Shown here one piece after another: positions 50,666 through 58,574 of a stretch of 64,000 bases of DNA. Each line of letters opens with the position of its first letter. The first letter of the stretch is position 1. The notes beneath the pieces are model-generated. The model saw only the letters and a program-made list of their open reading frames with translations. It ran no database searches and was not told the origin of the DNA. Location of the stretch: contig CAYSFW010000089.1 of the NCBI GenBank assembly GCA_964430355.1, positions 81,750-145,749 on the forward strand, read 5' to 3'. A program made the position numbers and the translations under genes. The DNA comes from an uncultured Thiotrichales bacterium. Its GTDB lineage: Bacteria > Pseudomonadota > Gammaproteobacteria > UWMA-0217.

Positions 50666-50765
50666 CAAGCGGGGAGAGCGTTACGGTGAGGACGTAACTC
50701 GCTGACTCAATTTCGCTTCTCCCTCACCTCTGCACCTCTCTCGAAAGGAGGCGGGATTCGATCAG
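50666..50765. repeat. REP/MITE-like hairpin element, copy 3 (GCGGGGAGAGCGTTACGGTGAGGACG ... TTCTCCCTCACCTCTGCACCTCTCTCGAAAGGAGGCGGG)
   Basis: Copy 3, immediately downstream of the pyrE stop; same family as copies 1 and 2. Confidence 0.65.
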
Positions 50766-50773
50766 TGGTTCCG

Positions 50774-51427
50774 TTACGAGTCGGCGTGCACGCCGTAGCG
50801 CGCCCGGTACTCGCGCATCCGGGCGAGCAGATCGCCCTGGTCGCCCTGCGCGTCGAGGTAGGCGATCAGCTCGTCGAGGGTCACGATATGGATGACGCGC
50901 AGCCCGAACTCCCGTTCGACTTCCTGCACCGCGGAGCGCTCGCCGTGGCCCCGTTCCTGACGGTCCAGCGCGAGCGCAACGCCCACCGGCTGCGCGCCCG
51001 CCGAGCGGATCAGCTCGATCGACTCGCGGATGGCCGTGCCAGCGGTGATCACGTCATCGACGATCAGCACCCGGCCCTTGAGCGGTGCGCCGACGATCTG
51101 GCCGCCCTCGCCGTGTGCCTTGGCCTCCTTGCGGTTGAAGGCCCAGGGGAGGTCGCGGCCGTAGTGCTCATGCAGCGCGCAGGCCGTGGCGCTCACCAGC
51201 GGGATGCCCTTGTAGGCGGGGCCAAACAACACGTCGAATGGGAGGCCGGACTCGATGATGGCCTCGGCGTAAAACCGCCCGAGGCGCGCCAGCGCCGCGC
51301 CGGTGTTGAACAGCCCGGCATTGAAGAAATAGGGGCTTACGCGCCCGGACTTGAGGGTGAACTCGCCGAAGCGCAGCACCTCGCGTTGCAGGGCGAGCTC
51401 GATGAATTGCGCGCGAAAATCGCTCAT
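50774..51427 (-). CDS. pyrE: Orotate phosphoribosyltransferase
   Basis: [30 protein letters not shown] and PRPP-binding [14 protein letters not shown]. Confidence 0.95.
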   Translation of the reverse strand: MSDFRAQFIELALQREVLRFGEFTLKSGRVSPYFFNAGLFNTGAALARLGRFYAEAIIESGLPFDVLFGPAYKGIPLVSATACALHEHYGRDLPWAFNRKEAKAHGEGGQIVGAPLKGRVLIVDDVITAGTAIRESIELIRSAGAQPVGVALALDRQERGHGERSAVQEVEREFGLRVIHIVTLDELIAYLDAQGDQGDLLARMREYRARYGVHADS

Positions 51428-51488
51428 GGGGGGTAAAACCGGGTTGGGGTGGCAAAGCGCCCGGCACGGTGCCGGGGGGGTGCGCATT

Positions 51489-51936
51489 TTATCCCGGTTC
51501 GAGGGCGATGAACTCGATCTCGGTGATCGCGTTGACTTCGCGCTCGAGGTCGTCGAGCGCGTGGATCAGGGTGTCGGAGGCCTTCTGCAGGTCGGCGAGG
51601 GCGCGGTGCGCCTCGGCCCGGCGGTCGCCTCTCCAGCGCAGCGACAGGCCGAGGTGGCGGATCAGTGCGTTGTCGTCGGCTCGCCCAAGGTTTGCCAGGC
51701 GATGGCTGATGTCGTCGAGTGCGCCGAGCTGCCGCTCGAGGGCGCGGAAGGCCGGGAGGCTGCCGAGCGTCGATCGTGCATCGGCGTACCACGGGCCGAG
51801 GCGGTAGGTCGCGAGATTGATCGGGGCGAGAGGAGGGTTTGCAGCTATGGACTCGATCTGCGCCTGTGCATCAGCCTGCCATGCGAAGTGTGCTGCGCGG
51901 GCGCTGCGGATCTGTTCGAGGATTTGTCGGCGGTGC
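51489..51936 (-). CDS. Hypothetical protein, possibly degenerate CZB-like (chemoreceptor zinc-binding-like) domain
   Basis: [11 protein letters not shown] (an H-x3-W-like motif) and YRLGPWY, where a CZB domain has C-x-L-G-x-W (Tyr replaces the Cys ligand). The match is weak. Confidence 0.4.
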
Positions 51937-52136
51937 ATCGGCTGAGACCTCCCATCCCTGTGGCGCTGGTTTTCGCCACCAGTGTAGCGCCTCGCGGGCG
52001 TGGCAAATTTGATACAAATCTCGATTTCCAAGGCGGGGTTGGCGGCGGCTCGAAAACGCCGGCGGGGCCGCAGAATCGCGTGCATGAAAAAGGGCGCCAC
52101 GCGGGCGCCCCAAGGGTTGATTGACGGGAGAGACGA

Positions 52137-53510
52137 TCAGGCGCTGTAGGCGCGTTCGCCGTGGGTTGTCGTGTCGAGGCCCTCGCGCTCCTCTTCCTGC
52201 GTGACGCGCAGGCCGATGGTGTACTTGAGGATCATGAACAGCACGAAGCTAGCCAAGCCCGACCAGACCACCGCGACGCCCACGCCCCAGAGCTGGCTCA
52301 CGATCTGCGCGGAGCTGTATTCGGCGACCGCGTTGGTGGCGTAGTCGAACACGCCCGTGCCACCGAGCGCCGGGTTGACGACGATGCCGGTACCGATCGC
52401 GCCGACGATGCCGCCGATGCCGTGCACGCCGAAGACATCGAGCGAGTCGTCATAGCCCAGCATCTTCTTCAGGCTCGTCACGCCCCACAGGCCGGCCACG
52501 CCCGCAACCGCGCCGAGTACGATGGCGCCCATCGGACCGGCGAAGCCCGCGGCCGGGGTGACGGCCACGAGCCCGGCGACCGCGCCGGAGGTGACACCCA
52601 GCAGGCTCGGCTTACCCTTGATCATCCACTCCACGAACATCCATGCGAGCGCTGCGGCCGCGGTGGCGACGATGGTGTTGACCATGGCGAGCACGGCGGT
52701 GCCGGTGGCCTCAAGGTTGGAACCGGCGTTGAAGCCGAACCAGCCGACCCACAGCAGGGAGGCGCCGATCATGGTCATCGTCAGGCTGTGCGGGGTCATC
52801 GCCTCGCGGCCGTAGCCGATGCGCTTGCCGACCACGATCGCACCCATCAGCGCGGCCATGCCGGCGTTGATGTGCACGACGGTGCCGCCCGCGAAGTCCA
52901 GCGCGCCCTTGGAGAACAGGAAGCCGGCCGGGGCGTCATACGCGCTCGGGCCACCCCAGTACCAGACCATGTGGGCCATCGGCAGATAGACGATGGTGAA
53001 GAACAGCACGGAGAAGACGAGTAGCGCCGAGAACTTGATGCGCTCGGCAAAGCCACCCACGATCAGCGCGGTGGTGATGGCCGCAAAGGTGAGCTGGAAC
53101 GCCATGAACACCATCTCGGGGATGACCACGCCCTTGCTGAAGGTTTCGACGGTCGTGGACGGATCGACGCCCGCCAGGAAGGCCTTGCTGAAGCCCCCGA
53201 TGAAGCTGTTAAGGCTCCCGCCGTCGGTGAAGGCCAGGCTGTAGCCGTAAACGACCCACAGGATCGCGATCACGCAGAAGATCACGAACACCTGTGTGAG
53301 CACCGAGAGCATGTTCTTGGCGCGGACCAGACCGCCGTAGAACAGGGCGAGTCCCGGCAGGGTCATCAGGATCACGAGCAGGGTGGCCACCAGCATCCAG
53401 GTGGTGTCCCCCTTGTCGGGCACGGGGACCGCGGCGGCGGCTTCGTCGGCCCAGACGGACTCGGTCAGGCCCAGCAGGGCCAGCACTGCGAAAAACAATC
53501 TCAATCGCAT
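52137..53510 (-). CDS. amtB: Ammonium transporter AmtB
   Basis: Signal peptide, 11 TM helices and Amt signature regions; immediately downstream of glnK. Confidence 0.95.
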   Translation of the reverse strand: MRLRLFFAVLALLGLTESVWADEAAAAVPVPDKGDTTWMLVATLLVILMTLPGLALFYGGLVRAKNMLSVLTQVFVIFCVIAILWVVYGYSLAFTDGGSLNSFIGGFSKAFLAGVDPSTTVETFSKGVVIPEMVFMAFQLTFAAITTALIVGGFAERIKFSALLVFSVLFFTIVYLPMAHMVWYWGGPSAYDAPAGFLFSKGALDFAGGTVVHINAGMAALMGAIVVGKRIGYGREAMTPHSLTMTMIGASLLWVGWFGFNAGSNLEATGTAVLAMVNTIVATAAAALAWMFVEWMIKGKPSLLGVTSGAVAGLVAVTPAAGFAGPMGAIVLGAVAGVAGLWGVTSLKKMLGYDDSLDVFGVHGIGGIVGAIGTGIVVNPALGGTGVFDYATNAVAEYSSAQIVSQLWGVGVAVVWSGLASFVLFMILKYTIGLRVTQEEEREGLDTTTHGERAYSA

Positions 53511-53523
53511 GGTCGGGTTCTCC

Positions 53524-53871
<348 letters not shown>

Positions 53872-53879
53872 TCACAGGC

Positions 53880-54593
53880 TCAGAACGAGCGGGAAACTTT
53901 CAGCGTGACTGCGCCGTCGCAGTCGGTGCCCACACCCGCGGACGGACACACCGCTTCGTCGAGATCATTGCCCACGTAGGCCAGTTCGAAGCCGAATTTC
54001 GCGTACGTGGCGCTCAGCGCGATCTTGTAGTCCACGTACTCATCGCCCAGCAGCAGCTTCACGCCGTCACCCATGTTCCAGCCAACATGGAGCCCGAGGC
54101 TCAAATCCATGGGCAGCGCGATCGTGGCGCTCAGGTCGGGGTAGGACGCACTCTTGTCCGTGCCGAAGAAGTCGTTGGTGTAGGAGTACTTGAAGCCGAA
54201 CATGCCATAGGTCGCGCCCACGTAGACCTCGGTGGTGTCGAGCGCCGGGTCGTAGCTGGAGTTCGGGTAGGCGTAGCGCAGCAAGCCGACGTCGAGGCTC
54301 AAGTCCTTGACGGGCGAAAACTTGTAGCCGCCGTAGATGTCGAGCTCCAGGCTCGCATCGGAGGCCCAATCCGTGACGCTGGACGCCCAGGTGCCGACAT
54401 AGGCGCCGCTTTCGTGCGCGTAATCGAAACCGCCCTGGATCGCCGGCGCGCCGGCCGTCTGCGTGATGCCGCGGAAGAAATAGTCGGTGACAAGTGCGAC
54501 GTTGCCGGTCACTTCGGCCGCTGCGGGGTTAGCGGCGAGCAGACCGCCAATGACGCCAAGGGAACCAGCCAGTGTGGTGAGACGAGATTTCAT
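53880..54593 (-). CDS. TorF-family putative outer-membrane porin
   Basis: Signal peptide MKSRLTTLAGSLGVIGGLLAANPAAA and the TorF-family hallmark VTDYFFRG. Beta-strand-rich, and adjacent to glnK-amtB. Confidence 0.75.
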   Translation of the reverse strand: MKSRLTTLAGSLGVIGGLLAANPAAAEVTGNVALVTDYFFRGITQTAGAPAIQGGFDYAHESGAYVGTWASSVTDWASDASLELDIYGGYKFSPVKDLSLDVGLLRYAYPNSSYDPALDTTEVYVGATYGMFGFKYSYTNDFFGTDKSASYPDLSATIALPMDLSLGLHVGWNMGDGVKLLLGDEYVDYKIALSATYAKFGFELAYVGNDLDEAVCPSAGVGTDCDGAVTLKVSRSF

Positions 54594-54641
54594 GAGATTT
54601 GGACTCCCGATGTGTTGCAAATAGGTCACATCTCGGGATTA

Positions 54642-54657
54642 GCAATCGTCGTGCCAC
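54642..54657 (-). promoter_or_regulatory. Sigma-54 promoter (TGGCAC-N5-TTGCT) for the torF-glnK-amtB operon
   Basis: Minus strand reads TGGCACgacgaTTGCT, ~49 nt upstream of the porin ATG. An upstream inverted repeat TGGTGCG-N14-CGCACCA at ~54736-54763 is a possible enhancer (NtrC-like) site. Confidence 0.6.
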
Positions 54658-54878
54658 TAATTAAATGCATGATATAATTGAATAAAATTAATTTGAGAGG
54701 CTCTCTGGTCGGCACCACTCGCGGATCTGCGCCCTGTTTTGGTGCGCCCCGTTTTCGCTCACGCACCATCATCGGGCCTGAGCGAATGCCCGCACAATTG
54801 CCTAAGCCGCATCAACAGAATCCGCTGTTGGTGGGATAATTCTCGGCTCTCCCGAAACACCAGCGGCAAGCCCAATCC

Positions 54879-55136
54879 ATGATCGACCCGAAAGCCATCG
54901 ACGACTTTGCCCGGAAACTCACCGGGCTCATGCCCGCCTCGGTCACGCAGTTCCAGGCGGAGATCGAAAAGAATCTCAAGGCGGGGCTGCAAGGCGTGTT
55001 ACAGAAAATGGAGCTCGTCACCCGTGAGGAGTACGAAATCCAGGCGGCGCTGCTCGAGCGCACCCGTGAGCGCCTCGCCTCACTCGAAGCCCGCGTCCGG
55101 GCGATGGAAGAGAAGGTCCTGGACCGCCCGGCTTGA
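54879..55136 (+). CDS. ubiK: Ubiquinone biosynthesis accessory factor UbiK (YqiC/BMFP family)
   Basis: 85-aa coiled-coil protein with MIDPKAIDDFARKLTGLMP..VTREEYEIQAALLERTRERL. Confidence 0.8.
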   Translation: MIDPKAIDDFARKLTGLMPASVTQFQAEIEKNLKAGLQGVLQKMELVTREEYEIQAALLERTRERLASLEARVRAMEEKVLDRPA

Positions 55137-56650
55137 CCTCGCTCGCTGCCGCCTTCAGCCGCGCCCAGCACGGCGTGGCGGCGCCGTTGGTGCGCGTCGA
55201 GGCGCACCTCGGTAACGGGCTGCCGGCGATTTCCGTGGTGGGTTTACCCGAGGCCGCCGTACGCGAGAGCAAGGACCGCGTCCGGGCTGCGATCGTGAAT
55301 GCGGGATTCGAATTTCCGCAGCGCCGCATCACCATCAACCTCGCGCCCGCGGACTTGCCGAAGGAGGGCGGGCGCTATGACTTGCCGATCGCGCTCGGCA
55401 TCCTGGCCGCCTCGGGACAGATCCCGGCGGCGCGGCTCGCGGAGTACGAGTTTCTTGGTGAGCTCTCGCTCGCGGGCGAGCTGCGCACGGTGCGCGGCGT
55501 GCTGCCGGCGGCGATCGCCTGCCGCGATGCGGGCCGCGGGTTAATACTGGCGCGGGATAACGCGGCGGAGGCGGCACTCATCGAGCGGCTCTCGGTGCTG
55601 CCTGCGCAACACCTGCTCGAGGTGTGCCGCTTTCTCACCCAAGGCGAAGGGCTCAGCCCGTACGCCGAGGCGCCGCCCCCGAGCACGGCGCGCTACGACG
55701 TGGATCTCGCCGATGTGCGCGGTCAGGCGCACGCGCGGCGCGCGCTGGAGATCGCCGCGGCTGGTCGCCACCACCTGCTCATGATCGGTCCGCCCGGCAC
55801 GGGCAAGACCATGCTCGCCACCCGGCTCGCGACCATCCTGCCCGACATGAGCGAGGCCGAGGCCTTGCAGAGCGCGGCCATCGCCTCGATCAGCCACCAG
55901 GGCTTCCGCCTCGAGGCCTGGCGACGCCGGCCGGCGCGGGCCCCGCACCACACCGCCTCCGGTGTGGCGCTGGTCGGCGGTGGCGCGGTGCCGATGCCGG
56001 GCGAGATCTCGCTCGCCCATGAAGGCGTGTTGTTCCTGGACGAACTGACCGAGTTCGATCGTCGCGTGCTGGAGGTCCTGCGCGAGCCGCTCGAAACCGG
56101 CCACATCACCATCTCGCGGGCGAGCCGGCAGGCCGAGTTCCCGGCGCGCTTCCAGCTCGTGGCGGCCATGAACCCCTGCCCGCAGGGCTACGACTGCGAC
56201 CTGCGCAACAACTGCCGGTGCACGCCAGAGCAACAGCGCCGGCACAGCTCACGGATTTCCGCCCCCCTGCTCGACCGCATCGACCTGCAGATCGAAGTGC
56301 CCAAGCTGCCGAAGGAGGCGCTGCGTGCCGACGTGCCGGCGGAGTCCAGCGCCACCGTGCGCGAGCGCGTCGTGGCCAGCCGGGCGCGCCAGCTCGCGCG
56401 GCTCGGCAAACCGAATGCCGACATGACCAACCGCGAGGTCGAGACGCATTGCCGGCTCGCCGAGCGAGATCAGGCCCTGCTCGATCAGGTGATGACCCGA
56501 TTCCGTCTATCGGCCCGCGCCTATCACCGCATCCTCAAGGTCGCCCGCACCATCGCGGACCTCGCCGGTGCCGCGCAGATCGAGACGCCCCACCTCACCG
56601 AGGCGCTCAACTACCGCGCCATGGATCGCTGGCTGTCGACCAGTTCGTAG
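55133..56650 (+). CDS. comM: YifB/ComM-family Mg-chelatase-like AAA+ ATPase
   Basis: Lon-like N-terminal domain, Walker A GPPGTGKTM and a C-terminal Mg-chelatase helix domain. Confidence 0.9.
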   Translation: MTSLAAAFSRAQHGVAAPLVRVEAHLGNGLPAISVVGLPEAAVRESKDRVRAAIVNAGFEFPQRRITINLAPADLPKEGGRYDLPIALGILAASGQIPAARLAEYEFLGELSLAGELRTVRGVLPAAIACRDAGRGLILARDNAAEAALIERLSVLPAQHLLEVCRFLTQGEGLSPYAEAPPPSTARYDVDLADVRGQAHARRALEIAAAGRHHLLMIGPPGTGKTMLATRLATILPDMSEAEALQSAAIASISHQGFRLEAWRRRPARAPHHTASGVALVGGGAVPMPGEISLAHEGVLFLDELTEFDRRVLEVLREPLETGHITISRASRQAEFPARFQLVAAMNPCPQGYDCDLRNNCRCTPEQQRRHSSRISAPLLDRIDLQIEVPKLPKEALRADVPAESSATVRERVVASRARQLARLGKPNADMTNREVETHCRLAERDQALLDQVMTRFRLSARAYHRILKVARTIADLAGAAQIETPHLTEALNYRAMDRWLSTSS

Positions 56651-56679
56651 CGGTTGCTCGCAGGCAGCGTCTGCGGGGC

Positions 56680-57108
56680 TCAGGCGGAGATGTACTCGCG
56701 CAGGTGGCGGGCCTCGGTCTCGATCTCGTCGATGCGGTGCTTGACGAGGTCGCCGATGCTGATGACGCCCAAGAGCTCCTCGCCGTTGAACACCGTGATG
56801 TGACGCACGCGGCGGTTGGTCATCAACGACATGGCGGCGAGCACGTCGTCGTGGGGGTGGCAGCGGATGAGGTCCGCGTTCATCACGTCGCGCACGTGCA
56901 GGGCGTGCAGGTCGCTGCCGTGCGTGGCCAGGCCGTAGACCAGATCGCGCTCCGCGACGATGCCGAGCACCGTGCCCCCCGGGCCCAGCACGAGCGCCGA
57001 GCCGACGTTGTTATCGACCAGGGTCTTCGCCGCCGTGGCGATGCTGTCGTCATCGCGCACGGTCACCACGTTGTTGCCTTTCTTGCGGATCAGATCGATC
57101 AAATGCAT
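56680..57108 (-). CDS. CBS-pair domain protein
   Basis: Two CBS motifs (VVTVRDDDSIATAAKTLVDNNVGSALVL, HITVFNGEELLGVISIGDLV). Confidence 0.8.
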   Translation of the reverse strand: MHLIDLIRKKGNNVVTVRDDDSIATAAKTLVDNNVGSALVLGPGGTVLGIVAERDLVYGLATHGSDLHALHVRDVMNADLIRCHPHDDVLAAMSLMTNRRVRHITVFNGEELLGVISIGDLVKHRIDEIETEARHLREYISA

Positions 57109-57171
57109 GTCGGCACCTCGCGCTCGCGGTTGGGTGGGTCCGTCTCGCGCCGGCTTGTCCGGGCGTTTTGG

Positions 57172-58545
57172 TCAAGTATAGTCCGCGCCCGGTGGGGCGA
57201 TGAGCGGCGCCAGTCCGAGCTGTGCCTCGCTCCAGTGGGCGACTTCGAGCAGCGCGTTGTCGTGCAGGAACGGCCCGACGATCTGCACCCCCAGGGGCAG
57301 ACCGTGCGGCCCGAATCCGCTGGGAATCGTAATGGCCGGCACGCCAATCAGCGTCCAGAGTGTGCAGAACGCTGGGTCGCCGGTCTGCGTGAGCGTTGCG
57401 GGCGCCTCGCCAGTGGCGGGTGGGGTGAGCAGGGCATCGACTCGCGAGAAGACCTCCAGCAGCCTCTGGCTCAGCTGCAGGCGGCGGGCGTAGGCGTGAT
57501 CGAGCGCTGCCTGCGAGATCGCCGAGCCCTCGTCGATCAACGCGTTGAGTGGTTGGCTGAGCCGCTCGCGGTGCACCGCCTGGAGGCTGCGCAAGTGGCG
57601 CGCGCCCTCGCCGAACATGATCGTGCGGTGCAGCGCGTGGGCCTCGGCAAAGTCGGGCGGAAGCTCGAGCGTCTCCACCCGCGCCCCGGCTTGGGCAAGG
57701 CGCAGCGCGACCTGTTCGAGGTTGTCGCGTTGACCGGGTTCGGCCCTTTCCCACACCGGCGAGCGCACCACCGCGAGCCGGGGCGGTGAGTGCAACGGCG
57801 ACAACGGTTGATCGGGGTTGCACCGAACCAGCGCGGCGACGGCGAAGGCGGTGTCATCGGCGTCGGAGCCGGCGAGGCAGTGGGCGGCCATCGCCACATC
57901 TTGCACGCTGCGCGCAAAGATGCCCACGTGGTCCAGCGCCGTACTGAACGGCAGGATGCCCTTGCGCTGGATCAGCCCCGCCGACGGCTTGAAGCCCACC
58001 ACACCGCAGAACGCCGCCGGGCGGATCACCGAGCCGTTGGTCTGCGTGCCGAGCGCGAGCGGCACAAAGCCCGCGGCGACCGCCGCCGCCGACCCACTCG
58101 AGGAGCCGCCAGGCGTGTGCGCTGGGTTCCAGGGATTGGCCGTCGCGCCGGGTGTCAAGTACGCAAGTTCGGCCGTCACCGTCTTGCCGAAGACGAAGCC
58201 GCCAGCGGCCTCCAGCCGCTGCACCACGGCGGCCGAGCGGTCGGGCACGCGCCCGCGAAACACGGCCGACCCGTGCTCGGTCGGGATGCCGGCCGTGTCG
58301 ATGATGTCCTTGACGGCGAAGGGCACGCCGTGGAGGTGGCCGCCGTGGCGATCGCGTGTGCGATCGGCCTGCCGCGCGCGTTCCAGTGCGGCATCGGCGT
58401 CGAACCAGGCCGAGGCGTGAATGTGCGGCTCGAGCGCCCGGGTACGCGCGAGGCACGACCGCACGTACGCCTCACTCGTCACCGCGCCCTCGCGCAAGCC
58501 CCTGACCAACTCGCCCAGCCCCAAGCGGTACAACGCTTCTTGCAT
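57172..58545 (-). CDS. Amidase-signature family amidase
   Basis: GGSSSGSAAAVAAGFVPLALGTQTNGSVIRPAAFCG amidase signature and catalytic Lys (AVKDIID). Confidence 0.85.
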   Translation of the reverse strand: MQEALYRLGLGELVRGLREGAVTSEAYVRSCLARTRALEPHIHASAWFDADAALERARQADRTRDRHGGHLHGVPFAVKDIIDTAGIPTEHGSAVFRGRVPDRSAAVVQRLEAAGGFVFGKTVTAELAYLTPGATANPWNPAHTPGGSSSGSAAAVAAGFVPLALGTQTNGSVIRPAAFCGVVGFKPSAGLIQRKGILPFSTALDHVGIFARSVQDVAMAAHCLAGSDADDTAFAVAALVRCNPDQPLSPLHSPPRLAVVRSPVWERAEPGQRDNLEQVALRLAQAGARVETLELPPDFAEAHALHRTIMFGEGARHLRSLQAVHRERLSQPLNALIDEGSAISQAALDHAYARRLQLSQRLLEVFSRVDALLTPPATGEAPATLTQTGDPAFCTLWTLIGVPAITIPSGFGPHGLPLGVQIVGPFLHDNALLEVAHWSEAQLGLAPLIAPPGADYT

Positions 58546-58574
58546 GGCTGCACCTCCTGGCGCTCAACCTCGAG

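Noticed and set aside
34149-50765. CRISPR array formed by the repeated GGGTTAG.../CCTCTCCC elements
   Set aside because: There are only three dispersed copies, 15 kb and 1.3 kb apart. They are imperfect, each is internally palindromic, and there are no regular spacers or cas genes. This is REP/MITE-like, not CRISPR.
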